A DNA stretch of 64,000 nucleotides from a virus: the IMG/VR virus record IMGVR_UViG_3300023174_009221; one strand, given 5' to 3'. This document shows positions 20,742 through 30,852 of this stretch, in pieces; position 1 is the stretch's first letter, and the number at the start of each line of letters is the position of its first letter. The notes under the pieces are model-generated. The model searched no databases. It was not told the DNA's origin and was given only the letters and a program-made list of their open reading frames with translations. The position numbers were made by a program, and so were the translations under genes.

Positions 20742-20765
20742 TTATATATTAAAAATAATATATAA
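20742..20765. promoter_or_regulatory. Back-to-back divergent late-type promoters (TAATATATA on both strands)
   Basis: ttatatatta-aaaa-taatatataa inverted repeat, each half 5-6 nt from the ATG of a tagged gene. Confidence 0.6.
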
Positions 20766-20769
20766 CTAT

Positions 20770-21024
20770 ATGAAATGGATAAAACTTTTTGAGGATTTTA
20801 AAGAAAACAATCAAGAAGGAACTCTGATAACAAAAGATGATATAATCACATGTATTACACACGGAGGCGTTATTTACGCCGATATTATACATGATTTCCC
20901 AAACAATGACGAAAAAGAACCACTCTCACCGGTAGATATTGATAGTGACGGTGATATCACTGTGCAAATTGACCAGAAATTATATATTGTTAATCTAAAA
21001 GACGTTAAAAGAATTGAATATTAA
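20770..21024 (+). CDS. Small tagged protein
   Basis: MKWIKLFEDF; late motif upstream. Confidence 0.65.
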   Translation: MKWIKLFEDFKENNQEGTLITKDDIITCITHGGVIYADIIHDFPNNDEKEPLSPVDIDSDGDITVQIDQKLYIVNLKDVKRIEY

Positions 21025-21533
21025 CCCAATATATCTTTTAATTTTGAATCTCTTATAATGTATCTAATTTTTTTTGAAATCAGTTCGTCACCTACGTTGT
21101 GATTTAAGTCCGTCATATCATATTTTTTTGTGTCATATTCACTAATAATTTCAGATATAATAAGCTGATTTAGGTAAGAATCTCTATGGTGTGAAATCTG
21201 TAACCTCCTGATAGGTATGAATAGTTCAATATTATTCAACACCGACCAATCTATCAAATGTCTTATTTTTTGTGGATCCCCCTTATAGACATCAAGATGA
21301 AAAAGCATTAAATTTTTTCCAACTATCTTTTCATAATCTATTTTATCACAATTGCCAGTGCCGAACTTTGATGAAAATTCAGGCACATCAAATGGAGTAG
21401 GCAATTTATATTTATAGATAAGCAAACAATTTTTTAGTTGCTGGAAAAGCTTGATACAGGTTTTTGCAGAAGTATTCCAAGCATACTTATATTCATGAGA
21501 AGTTGAAAACTCTAGGACATTAATCACGGTCAA
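21021..21533 (-). CDS. Hypothetical protein with C-terminal RDSKLKDIL tag
   Basis: ORF track; TATATTTG at 21531-21538 suggests the true start is slightly downstream. Confidence 0.55.
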   Translation of the reverse strand: MTVINVLEFSTSHEYKYAWNTSAKTCIKLFQQLKNCLLIYKYKLPTPFDVPEFSSKFGTGNCDKIDYEKIVGKNLMLFHLDVYKGDPQKIRHLIDWSVLNNIELFIPIRRLQISHHRDSYLNQLIISEIISEYDTKKYDMTDLNHNVGDELISKKIRYIIRDSKLKDILG

Positions 21534-21569
21534 ATATATCTAATATGTTTTAAATTATATATAGTTTAT

Positions 21570-22082
21570 ATGAAACATCTAAAAAGATATAAACTATTTG
21601 AAAACTTAGAATCTGAAATTGATTTACAAGAATTAGAATCTATTCTTATTGACTTTAAGCAAATGGGGTTAGATGCCGATATCAAAGTAGGCTCATCTAT
21701 TGTAATTAATTGGAATTGGGTCAATGATGAGAAAACAGGTGGATTAAAATATCTACGCTCAAGAGAGATTGACAGATATACAAAATCAATATCCAATAAT
21801 TCACTTACAATAGAATTTTCTACACCCGATATAGAGGAATACAATATTTCTGAAACATCAGAAGCATATGAGATGTTAAAAGGCTATCTTTTTGATAATT
21901 ATAATTTAATTCCAAACTATATCAGTTTCCATAATCCTTTGGTATTTTTGTATTTTGAAGATTTTGATAAGATAAGAGAACTTAAAGGTGAAGATTTTTC
22001 CCAATTCTCATACGGTCATAATTTATCAAAAATAGAAGATACGATAAAAGCCCGTAAGTTAATTTTTGGATTCTACAGGTAA
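21570..22082 (+). CDS. Tagged hypothetical protein
   Basis: MKHLKRYKLFEN; TTATATATA upstream. Confidence 0.65.
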   Translation: MKHLKRYKLFENLESEIDLQELESILIDFKQMGLDADIKVGSSIVINWNWVNDEKTGGLKYLRSREIDRYTKSISNNSLTIEFSTPDIEEYNISETSEAYEMLKGYLFDNYNLIPNYISFHNPLVFLYFEDFDKIRELKGEDFSQFSYGHNLSKIEDTIKARKLIFGFYR

Positions 22083-22094
22083 AAAAAACTTAAA

Positions 22095-23807
22095 TTATTG
22101 ACAGTGACACGAAGTTCTTCCACTTCCATCACAATCAGAACATTCCACTTGACCCCCTCCATCACAATCAGAACACATTATAGTCCCGTCTCCTGAACAT
22201 TCATCACAACGATTTACGCCATCCCCATCACAATAAGAACATTCTTTTTTCCCACGAGCGCTACAGCGGTGGCAACTTTGCCTGCCGCTTCCTTGACAAT
22301 CACTGCACTCTTCACCATCATCATCTTCGCCATCACCACCACAAGTTTCACAATCTTCTTCACCTGACCCATCACAGTTGGTGCAATCCACTTCACCATA
22401 TCCCTCACAATAGGAGCACTCCACTTCACCCGAACCTCGACACTCACCACAACGAATTTCTCCGTCTCCATCGCATTCGTAGCAACGAATTTCTCCGTCT
22501 CCATCACAATTGCTGCATTCCACCACACCTGAACCACCACAATCGTCACATGAACCATTTCCACCATCGGTATCAGTTAGTTCATATTCATAATCAAAAT
22601 TTGATGAGTTATAAAGCGTTCCATTTCTTGGATTATAATACTTAAATGAATCCATATAAGGATAAGACGAATACTCACCACCATTATCTAATTTAACAGA
22701 GAATTCACCCTGTCTTTTTTCAATTATCTCCCCGGTTTCTTTATTTCTAAAAACAAAATCAGTATATTCTGAAAAATCTTGTTTTTCTTTGAACCAATAC
22801 CCGTTTTCTCTTGCCCAATCTTTGAATAGTTGTTGGTCTGCGGTTCTAATAGTATAGATTCTATCCATTACTTTAGTTGATACCTCATATGGTTCCATTT
22901 CCCAAAGAATAGCTCTTCCTGCTATTTTACCTTCTTCATTTTCAGATAATAATATTAAAAGAGATACTTGACTATTATCCGTATAAATGCTAAAATAACT
23001 TTGACACCTATCATAACGCATACAGGAGTTTCCTAAATCACCTCCTTCAGATTCATAGCTACTTCTATGATAATATTTTTTAATATCATCACCTTTAACA
23101 ACTCTAAATCTTTCAGTTAGAACATTCTTAAGTTTTTCAATCTCGGCTCTATATTTATAGACAAAATCTTCTATTTCGGCATCCGTGAACTTTACTCCAG
23201 ATTTATTCAACAACGCTCTTGTTAGTTTACCAACACCAACTTCCGAGCTTTTTACAACCTCTGGTCCGGTAATTAAACAGGCACTGGTTGCTATATTTTG
23301 GTATTTTTTTCCACTTTTGACCCACTGAAAAAGAGCCAATGAGCCACCAGATTGATATAAAGAACTAACCGAGTCAAGCAGGCTGCCTGATATAAATTCA
23401 GAAATTTCAGATATAGTATAATACTTGATAACTTGTCCAATTTGACCATCTTCAGGAGTTTGATATTCACCTTCAATCTGCTCTACGCCACTTTTGACAT
23501 TTTTACTAAATTTCTCAGCAAGATATGAAAAAAAATTATTATGGGTTTGATCACCTCGAACTTTGGCAATTTTTCCAACTTTATCATCTGGTTTAAAGAA
23601 AAGAACATCAGTCTTATCTTTGTTGATATCAATATAGTTTTGATTAATATCTAATTCTTTACCTTCAATATCGATTAGATTTTTTGAAATTGGTGAGTCA
23701 ATCCTTTTAAGAACCGAAATAAATTCCTTAGAAAAGTCCACATTAGCCTCTAACAGTAGTTGTAGACTTGATTCGGTTAGAAATTGGTCATATTTATGAA
23801 GTTTCAT
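22095..23807 (-). CDS. Tagged protein: conserved NSCM...GRAILW...MDRIYT domain plus a long CxxCxGxG zinc-ribbon tail
   Basis: MKLHKYDQFLTES; 13 CxxC motifs + terminal CHC; paralog of 52096-53334. Confidence 0.75.
   Translation of the reverse strand: MKLHKYDQFLTESSLQLLLEANVDFSKEFISVLKRIDSPISKNLIDIEGKELDINQNYIDINKDKTDVLFFKPDDKVGKIAKVRGDQTHNNFFSYLAEKFSKNVKSGVEQIEGEYQTPEDGQIGQVIKYYTISEISEFISGSLLDSVSSLYQSGGSLALFQWVKSGKKYQNIATSACLITGPEVVKSSEVGVGKLTRALLNKSGVKFTDAEIEDFVYKYRAEIEKLKNVLTERFRVVKGDDIKKYYHRSSYESEGGDLGNSCMRYDRCQSYFSIYTDNSQVSLLILLSENEEGKIAGRAILWEMEPYEVSTKVMDRIYTIRTADQQLFKDWARENGYWFKEKQDFSEYTDFVFRNKETGEIIEKRQGEFSVKLDNGGEYSSYPYMDSFKYYNPRNGTLYNSSNFDYEYELTDTDGGNGSCDDCGGSGVVECSNCDGDGEIRCYECDGDGEIRCGECRGSGEVECSYCEGYGEVDCTNCDGSGEEDCETCGGDGEDDDGEECSDCQGSGRQSCHRCSARGKKECSYCDGDGVNRCDECSGDGTIMCSDCDGGGQVECSDCDGSGRTSCHCQ
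22098..22550 (-). repeat. Mostly 33-nt / 11-aa CxxCxGxG tandem repeats
   Basis: e.g. caacgaatttctccgtctccatc occurs twice, 33 nt apart. Confidence 0.8.
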
Positions 23808-23887
23808 AGGATTTATATATTAAAAAAATCTTCTGAAAATTAGTTTTTATGAAAGGGCTGAGAGGAACGATATATATATATATTAAT

Positions 23888-24802
23888 ATGATAATTAGCA
23901 ATTATGTTGAAATGACTTTAGGTGTTAAGAATTGTAAAAAAATGATCAATAGATATAACTTATCAGAATCTTTGAAGCCTGGTGATGTAGTAAAAATACC
24001 ATTAGAGATTTTATCAAAATCATCTCACTATGAAATAGAAATAACATGCGATTACTGTGATAAAAAATTAAAAGTTCCATACAAAAGATATAATCTTTAC
24101 ACCTCAGTAATTGGAAAATATGCTTGTTCATCAAAAGAATGTTCTAATCAAAAAATAAAAGATGTGTGTCAGAAAAAATATGGAGTTGATAATCCGTTTC
24201 AATACGAAGAAGTTAAAGAAAAAATTAAAGAATCTTTAATTGAAAAATATGGAGTAGAGCACCCTATGTATATGGAAGAGACTAAGAATAAAATAAAGGA
24301 GACTTGCTTAGATAGATATGGGGTAACAAGCTATACAAAAACAGAGGATTATAAAAAGAAAACAATTGAAACAAACTTAGAAAAATATGGAACTGTTCAT
24401 GAATCCAAAACCAAAGAAGGTCAAAAAAAAAGAAAGAAAACAAGAATAGAAAAGGGTAATCAAATTCCAGATGAATTATTAGAACCATACACTATTTATA
24501 GGAAGTTAGTAGATAATAATCTCGATATAATTAGAAATAAATTTTTAGAAGATTGGGATGGTTTTGATTATTACGATGGTGAATATATAAAAAATAATTT
24601 AAGTATAGATTGTAAAAGTAGACTATATCCAACTATAGATCATAAAGTGTCTGTTTACTATGGATTCATTAACAATATATCAGTTGAAGAAATATCTGAT
24701 AAAAAAAACCTATGTGTTACTAAATCATATATCAATAGTAAAAAAAGAGAACTTAATGAAAATGAATTCTTAGAAAAATATGAAATAAAAAAGAGGATTT
24801 AA
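23888..24802 (+). CDS. Free-standing HNH-type (homing) endonuclease with KYGV repeats
   Basis: CDYC zinc site; four (K/R)YG repeats; TIDHKVS...NL...INSKK; opposite strand to neighbours; ATG 23888 follows a TATATA run. Confidence 0.65.
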   Translation: MIISNYVEMTLGVKNCKKMINRYNLSESLKPGDVVKIPLEILSKSSHYEIEITCDYCDKKLKVPYKRYNLYTSVIGKYACSSKECSNQKIKDVCQKKYGVDNPFQYEEVKEKIKESLIEKYGVEHPMYMEETKNKIKETCLDRYGVTSYTKTEDYKKKTIETNLEKYGTVHESKTKEGQKKRKKTRIEKGNQIPDELLEPYTIYRKLVDNNLDIIRNKFLEDWDGFDYYDGEYIKNNLSIDCKSRLYPTIDHKVSVYYGFINNISVEEISDKKNLCVTKSYINSKKRELNENEFLEKYEIKKRI

Positions 24803-26262
24803 ATCCCCTTTTCACCTTCTAGTACTATCTGTTTCACTCTACTATTGGTTCCACTGAGTGGACATTTAACACCAACCGAAATGATTAGTACTTTACCTTT
24901 TACCTTTGAGAAGTCTAAAGTGTCTGTATATCCATCTGTGAGTAAAACACTATTACAATCATTATGGTTTTCTACAATGTAATCAATCATCGGTTGTAAA
25001 CATGTACCTCCTAATCCCTTAATTGGAATACTTTCCAATTGTTTTTTACTTTTGATGTTTTGAACCCATTTGACTTGTGTGTCCGATTCCATAAAATTAA
25101 TCTCAATGTCGTTTCTATATACATACGACAATACTCTTTCAAATGTGCCTTGTCCTCCCATGCTACCACTGGTGTCGAGTCCAACATTAATCTTAGTTTT
25201 GACTTTTCGGTTTCCTTTCAAACCAGAAATTTGCTTACGATTTGGCTTAACAATAGTTCGCTGCTTAATTGTTCCAAAAATGACATTAGAAATAGCTCTT
25301 TTAATTTCTTTGAGGTAGTCTTTTCGTTTCTTTCTAAGTTTATTTAGGGTTTGTTCGATAGTTCCAGAAGAAAGACCACGAGCAGCTAGGCGCTCCATAA
25401 CATCTTTTACCATTGCATCACGCATATCCTCAGGAACATCGTCTCCAATGTGTTTATCGAGATATTCACCGCTGCCGTTTTCCATATCTTCAAAGATTTT
25501 CTCTTTAGACCAAGTATCTAAGGACTCACCGTCTTTTGAAGGATTTTTACCATAAGGCCCATAGGAATCTTTACCACTGCTATCTTTGTCTCCATTTTGA
25601 CCAGATCCACCACAATCTTGACAATCTTTGTCGCCATTCTCGTTTTGACCATCACCAGATTCGTTTTTAGAACTAGATTTTTGTGATTCGTCTTTTTGAC
25701 TCGTTCCACTATCATTTTGTTGCTGTTTTCCACTACCACCACAAGATTGACATTTAGATTTTTCTTTATTGGACTTTTGCCACTTTTCTTTTTCATCTTT
25801 CATCCACTCATACAACTCTTCAAAGATTAGTTTTCCGGTATATTCTTTTGGAACAAAAAGTGCCATGTTTTTCCCATCTGCTGATTTTGGAATTTCAACA
25901 AAAGCATGTGGGATATCTTCCCAGATAATATGATTAATAATCATATCTTGGACAATATTAGAGAGCTTGTGGTCGTATTGACCAGTAACTGTTCTTCTGG
26001 GGTGGTCGAAAAGTAAGTGAAAATCTTCGTGTAGGGTAATAAAATTTACTTCTTTTTGAGACATATTTTCCAAAAATTTTGGAGAATAGTAAAAGTTCAT
26101 GCCTTTTGAAGTGATGTTTACAGCACAAGTACCAATTGAATCTTGTTCGTGAAACATCACATGCAGATTGAATTCACCATAAAACGGCAAATTAATTTTA
26201 GTATCAATTAGCATTGTTTGAATGCCATTCAGAAGCTTTTCGTGGATATTTTTAATTATCAT
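24799..26262 (-). CDS. DUF2201-like metallopeptidase + VWA domain protein
   Basis: LHEDFHL (HExxH); MIDAS DTSGSM; GGT; LTDGY; inserted CQSCGGSG/CQDCGGSG. Confidence 0.8.
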   Translation of the reverse strand: MIIKNIHEKLLNGIQTMLIDTKINLPFYGEFNLHVMFHEQDSIGTCAVNITSKGMNFYYSPKFLENMSQKEVNFITLHEDFHLLFDHPRRTVTGQYDHKLSNIVQDMIINHIIWEDIPHAFVEIPKSADGKNMALFVPKEYTGKLIFEELYEWMKDEKEKWQKSNKEKSKCQSCGGSGKQQQNDSGTSQKDESQKSSSKNESGDGQNENGDKDCQDCGGSGQNGDKDSSGKDSYGPYGKNPSKDGESLDTWSKEKIFEDMENGSGEYLDKHIGDDVPEDMRDAMVKDVMERLAARGLSSGTIEQTLNKLRKKRKDYLKEIKRAISNVIFGTIKQRTIVKPNRKQISGLKGNRKVKTKINVGLDTSGSMGGQGTFERVLSYVYRNDIEINFMESDTQVKWVQNIKSKKQLESIPIKGLGGTCLQPMIDYIVENHNDCNSVLLTDGYTDTLDFSKVKGKVLIISVGVKCPLSGTNSRVKQIVLEGEKGI

Positions 26263-26281
26263 TAGTGTGATTATTTTTTAA

Positions 26282-26312
26282 CAAATATAGAGATTATATA
26301 TTATTTATACAA
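26282..26312 (-). promoter_or_regulatory. Bacteroidota sigma-A-type promoter
   Basis: TTG-N20-TATATTTG. Confidence 0.6.
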
Positions 26313-26333
26313 CAAAAAATGTAATTTTTTTTG

Positions 26334-27551
26334 CTAAAACGAATCAGTTTGACTTTGATTAGATTGATAAGAATTTGAACTACAAAGTTTATCAAACTCT
26401 TCATCTTGTGAGAACCCACTCCTTATCATTTTAGATACGAGTTGATGCCAATTTAATTTACCGCGGTATTGAAACTCACCATCAACAATAGATATTTTAG
26501 CTTCAATATCTAGATTAGAAATCTTTCCAAAAATTTCTTTTTCTAACTCAAATTCCTGATTTGTGATATCACCGGCTTTAGCAATCTTAATTTTATGATA
26601 CCCTTCTGTTAACATCGTAACAATAACATCACCTTTCAACTTCATGATATCTGCAATCTTCAGAGCGATTTTTGACTCTTCTTCCGTAAGGCCTTCTATA
26701 TCTTTAATTTCTTCTGAAACAAAAAACACATAACCGTTTGGTTCATCACCAGGTTTCATAGTTTCAAGTCGTGTTTCTAAAATACCAAGAGCCTCTGATT
26801 TTTCTTCCATTTTTTGTTCAGCCATTTTAACCTCATTTCTTAGTCTTATAATTTCTTTCTGAGTTTCTTCAATACGATATTCTAACTCAATAATCTTTGA
26901 CTCATTCATCCTACGGAAAGATTCTTCCATATAGGACTGGGCTGTAGTTTTTAATTTATCATTAGGAGCTGGTGGATTTTCATTTACTTCAATAATTGTT
27001 TTAACATCTTCTTCTGAAAGATCTTCTAACATAGAATTCATGACTTCTGAAAGTGCGTGGTCTTCGTCAAACTCTTCATCATCAGGACCAAATAAATCGT
27101 CAAGTAAACTTAAACCTTTACCAGATACTTCTACTTTTTCTTCTTCATCAAAAAGGGATTTCAACTTATCAATTGGTTTTTGATTTTCAACTTCGAGATA
27201 ACACCTCATGCCATCGACATCGGTGAATTCTAAACCAGATACGATGAATTTGTTTGCATAACCAGTGACATCAATTTGGTCAATTTCATTTATAAACCGC
27301 TGAATCATCGAGGTATCAGTTAGTGATGTTCCTTCTTGTTCTTCAAATTTAATTGTCCCATTGTCACAAATAGTGATTTTGAAAATCACGCCTTCAAGAA
27401 TTCCAGACAATTTTTCACCTTTTAAAAAGGCAACATCGCGTATAAATCTTATTCGCCTGCCGTTGACCGCTGACACAAAGTTTAAGAATTTTCTTTTTGG
27501 TTTGAAGTCTCCAATGACTGGCTCAGATTTAATTTGCGTATTATCTTCCAT
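26334..27551 (-). CDS. Acidic coiled-coil hypothetical protein
   Basis: 405-aa ORF; TATATTTG at 27568-27575. Confidence 0.65.
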   Translation of the reverse strand: MEDNTQIKSEPVIGDFKPKRKFLNFVSAVNGRRIRFIRDVAFLKGEKLSGILEGVIFKITICDNGTIKFEEQEGTSLTDTSMIQRFINEIDQIDVTGYANKFIVSGLEFTDVDGMRCYLEVENQKPIDKLKSLFDEEEKVEVSGKGLSLLDDLFGPDDEEFDEDHALSEVMNSMLEDLSEEDVKTIIEVNENPPAPNDKLKTTAQSYMEESFRRMNESKIIELEYRIEETQKEIIRLRNEVKMAEQKMEEKSEALGILETRLETMKPGDEPNGYVFFVSEEIKDIEGLTEEESKIALKIADIMKLKGDVIVTMLTEGYHKIKIAKAGDITNQEFELEKEIFGKISNLDIEAKISIVDGEFQYRGKLNWHQLVSKMIRSGFSQDEEFDKLCSSNSYQSNQSQTDSF

Positions 27552-27624
27552 ATTCTAATTTTTTTGACAAATATAACCAATTTATATCATTAATGAAAGG
27601 ATTTTTTATAATAATTTAATTTCA

Positions 27625-27729
27625 TCAATCTTCGTCTACATAATCTATAACAGGATTTCCATATTCATCCCAATAGAGGCCATTTTTTGAAAATTTAACA
27701 TTAAAGTGGTGATTGTCAAATTTGGGCAT
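27625..27729 (-). CDS. Possible 34-aa protein MPKFDNHHFNVKFSKNGLYWDEYGNPVIDYVDED
   Basis: Translated by hand in an intergenic gap; same strand as neighbours. Confidence 0.35.
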   Translation of the reverse strand: MPKFDNHHFNVKFSKNGLYWDEYGNPVIDYVDED

Positions 27730-27778
27730 AAAAAATTTAACCAATCTGGCTAAGCGTGAGTACAAGTTTTTGAATTTA

Positions 27779-28540
27779 TTAATTATCATCGTCTAATATA
27801 TTATCAATTCTAGAATTTCTACTGGGGCAAATTTTTGATTCAGCGATAAACTCTGATTCGCCCCACTGTATAACCTGGCCTCGATAGTTCATCGTGCAAA
27901 TTTCATAGTTAATAAAAAACTGTTTGTCAATTTTAACAGGGTGAAAGTCCAATACTAAATAATCAGTAGATCTATCATCGCACTTAGAAACAAAATCACC
28001 AATAGAAAATTTAGTTAATTGTATTTCTTGACCGTCTTCTAAATAAGACCATATTTTAGAAAAGATGTCAATAGTATCTTCTAAAAAAAGAACATACATC
28101 ATTATTGAAGACAATTTACCATTAAAATGATAAACAAATCTAGTGTATTGTTTATCCTTTACTAAGTGTGTTTGCTGTTCTTTAGATTCTACAATTTTTT
28201 CACTCACCTCAATATCGCTTATTTTCTCGACATCATTATTATTTTGATAGTATGTTTTTGTGGAAACTTTTGTAGAAAACCATTTTTCAAAAATATGAAA
28301 AAAGTTTTCAACTCGATTTGTAGCCACTGAAAAAGAAAAAGTAAACTTCATCTGCGGGTCAATAGTTTCAACATCACCCAAATTTCCAAATAATGAAACC
28401 GCGCGTGGGTTTAATTTTTGCTTAAACACAATCATTGGGTGTGAATTTGCGGAGTGATACTTAGGATAGACCGAATAATTAGTGTGTCTTAATTTTTCGT
28501 TCCATCTTAAAATTTCTGAATCAGATATAAACTTTGACAT
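27779..28540 (-). CDS. Hypothetical protein with C-terminal RNSRIDNIL tag
   Basis: ORF track. Confidence 0.6.
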   Translation of the reverse strand: MSKFISDSEILRWNEKLRHTNYSVYPKYHSANSHPMIVFKQKLNPRAVSLFGNLGDVETIDPQMKFTFSFSVATNRVENFFHIFEKWFSTKVSTKTYYQNNNDVEKISDIEVSEKIVESKEQQTHLVKDKQYTRFVYHFNGKLSSIMMYVLFLEDTIDIFSKIWSYLEDGQEIQLTKFSIGDFVSKCDDRSTDYLVLDFHPVKIDKQFFINYEICTMNYRGQVIQWGESEFIAESKICPSRNSRIDNILDDDN

Positions 28541-28557
28541 ATTTTTTTATGTATTGG

Positions 28558-28863
28558 TTATTTTATTATTTCGTCTATTTTATTATTTCTCATTTCGTCA
28601 ATTGTTGTAAAATACTTTTCAAAAATTTTTAAGGTTAAGGGGTACCAATTTCCCGAAGTTGGAGTTTGTCGTTTGGAATACCCAGTGTAACAACTGAATC
28701 TACCAGTTGTTGTTAATTCAATCTCAACCCATAAACATAGACCGGACTTCAACTCGAATGTTGTTGGTGCCTGTGTTTTATATATCTTGCCCTTTTTACA
28801 ATAAACGACTTTATCGTCTTTTGCAAATAAAGTTCTTTTACAGTAAATCTCCACCGATATCAA
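28558..28863 (-). CDS. Hypothetical protein with C-terminal RNNKIDEII tag
   Basis: ORF track. Confidence 0.6.
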   Translation of the reverse strand: MISVEIYCKRTLFAKDDKVVYCKKGKIYKTQAPTTFELKSGLCLWVEIELTTTGRFSCYTGYSKRQTPTSGNWYPLTLKIFEKYFTTIDEMRNNKIDEIIK

Positions 28864-29163
28864 TTACTTTTTTGTGTCAACATCAACATTTACATTTGTG
28901 ATTTGATTAAGTTTAATTTCTCTTATAATTTGTGTAAAAAACCTCTCTAAGTCACTCTCACAAGAAAATTCAACACCTATATAACTTCTGTCACTATCAA
29001 AACACAACCATTTTCCTGATGAATAAATGTGCTGATATTGAGTCACTCCGGGTATTATAACAAAACTATCGATTGGATTACCATTATACCCAGGATCAAC
29101 TTCTTCTTTTGTGAACCATTTAATACTTATTATTTTTGAAGTATTGTTAGATATTCTCAACAT
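28864..29163 (-). CDS. Hypothetical protein with REIKLNQI tag
   Basis: ATG at 29163 preferred. Confidence 0.55.
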   Translation of the reverse strand: MLRISNNTSKIISIKWFTKEEVDPGYNGNPIDSFVIIPGVTQYQHIYSSGKWLCFDSDRSYIGVEFSCESDLERFFTQIIREIKLNQITNVNVDVDTKK

Positions 29164-29959
29164 AACCGATCCTATTTTTTGCAATTTCTATGTAATCTTG
29201 TTGTATATCAAATCCTATCCAGTTTCTTTCAAGTTCCAGCGCAGCTAAACCTGTTGTGCCTGTTCCAATAAATGGGTCTAAGACCAAATCACCCTTATTA
29301 GTTGATCCTTTGATGAAATATTTTACTAATTCAATAGGAAACACAGCAATGTGGTTATCAGCAATTTTTTTAGATTCTGATGAAATGTTTACCAGAGTTG
29401 TTGGTAGAGCCCCAAGAGGATTAGGAGACCAATCTTTATATTCCAAATCAGAATCGCTGTCTGTTCTTGCAAATCTTTTTTTGAGCGGTCTTTTCATTCT
29501 CTTAATAGATTTCTCAGAATATTCTGTTCTCATTTCATCTATGTTAAATTTGAAACCCCTTTCTTTTACGAACCAAAAAATGTATTCTACGCGGTCGCCA
29601 AAACGACTTCTATTAGGAAGACCTTTCATTTTATTCCAAAAAAGTCTTTCAAACATTTTAAGACCGCTGCTTTTATGGATTTCAGAAATTAAGTCAAATA
29701 CATAAGGATGTCTGAATCCACCTTCGACTTTATCGTTGATATTCAAAATAAATGAACCAGTTGGTTTAATAACTCTTTCTATCTCCTTACAATAGGGTAT
29801 AAACCAATTTACATAATCATTAGCAGGTATGCCCGAGTCATTGATATAGACCTTTAAGGTTGAATAGGGTGGTGATGTTATCACTAAATCAATTGAATTA
29901 TCGTCTAATTTTTTAAGAAGTTCAATTGAATCACCACAATATACTTGGTTGATGTCCAT
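29147..29959 (-). CDS. Site-specific DNA methyltransferase (N4-C/N6-A, beta class)
   Basis: DLVITSPPY near the N-terminus; H.AVFP; VLDPFIGTGTT. Confidence 0.9.
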   Translation of the reverse strand: MDINQVYCGDSIELLKKLDDNSIDLVITSPPYSTLKVYINDSGIPANDYVNWFIPYCKEIERVIKPTGSFILNINDKVEGGFRHPYVFDLISEIHKSSGLKMFERLFWNKMKGLPNRSRFGDRVEYIFWFVKERGFKFNIDEMRTEYSEKSIKRMKRPLKKRFARTDSDSDLEYKDWSPNPLGALPTTLVNISSESKKIADNHIAVFPIELVKYFIKGSTNKGDLVLDPFIGTGTTGLAALELERNWIGFDIQQDYIEIAKNRIGYVENI

Positions 29960-30519
29960 TACATTTCTTTACTTTTTTTATCTAAAAAGTCTTTTTCTTT
30001 TTCAGTTAAAGATGACATACCACCTAATTGTATTTTATCAAGTATACTATCAATATCTAAAAAATCCTCACCAGGTTGTTCGCCTAAAAAAGAATCTTTT
30101 TGAATTGTAACAATTGATTGGTCGATATCTGGCACAGAGTCGAAGATTTGTCGGTTTCCATGAATTTCAAACTCAGCTCTCATTTTTAACTTTGTGATTT
30201 CTTCGACAATCAACCCAATTGTGCTGGGAACAAAACCATTTTCAATTCGGTTGCTCATAATGAAATTATCAATTTTGATAGTTACGTTTACTCGAACTTT
30301 TGATAATTCATGTTTTAATCTTTCTGGATACATCATATCTAACTGATTGATATTAAATCCAGACCCCTTTGGCACAAAGTATCCATAATTGTAGAAGACC
30401 GAAACCTTTTCATTTTCTACTTCTTTATTTAGGATGTCACGGCATATTGTGTTGATCCAATTTGAAATGAAATTTAATTCCTGAACTGCCTCGTCTAAGG
30501 TTGTTTTTATAATATACAT
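29959..30519 (-). CDS. Hypothetical protein with DUF6576-like C-terminus
   Basis: IDSILDKIQLGGMSSLTEKEKDFL. Confidence 0.6.
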   Translation of the reverse strand: MYIIKTTLDEAVQELNFISNWINTICRDILNKEVENEKVSVFYNYGYFVPKGSGFNINQLDMMYPERLKHELSKVRVNVTIKIDNFIMSNRIENGFVPSTIGLIVEEITKLKMRAEFEIHGNRQIFDSVPDIDQSIVTIQKDSFLGEQPGEDFLDIDSILDKIQLGGMSSLTEKEKDFLDKKSKEM

Positions 30520-30520
30520 A

Positions 30521-30727
30521 CTATTTAATTTTAAATTTTTTATGAACTTCTTCAATAATCATTACCATATTATTTTTCGATTCTATATCACAGGATATAC
30601 AAACTTTGATTTGCATATCTTCATTATCAACATAGAGGACTTTATATTCACCACCTTTAAGAAAAATTGAAAAACCATTAGAATCATAAATGGTCTCCTT
30701 ACATATTAGTAAATCACCTTTTCTCAT
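30521..30727 (-). CDS. Small hypothetical protein
   Basis: ORF track; TATATTTG at 30797-30804. Confidence 0.5.
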   Translation of the reverse strand: MRKGDLLICKETIYDSNGFSIFLKGGEYKVLYVDNEDMQIKVCISCDIESKNNMVMIIEEVHKKFKIK

Positions 30728-30852
30728 TTTTTATCTAATCTAATTTATATTTTTATTCAACTGGTTATAAAAGTTGATAAACTTATATTTAAGATACAAA
30801 TATAATATAAAAAAATAGATTTTATATATATTTAAATAATTAATTTTAAAAA

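Noticed and set aside
22214-22567. Repetitive Val/Met-rich ORF, and possible CRISPR-like periodicity
   Set aside because: Off-frame reading of the CxxCxGxG coding repeats; no constant repeat with unique spacers and no cas genes
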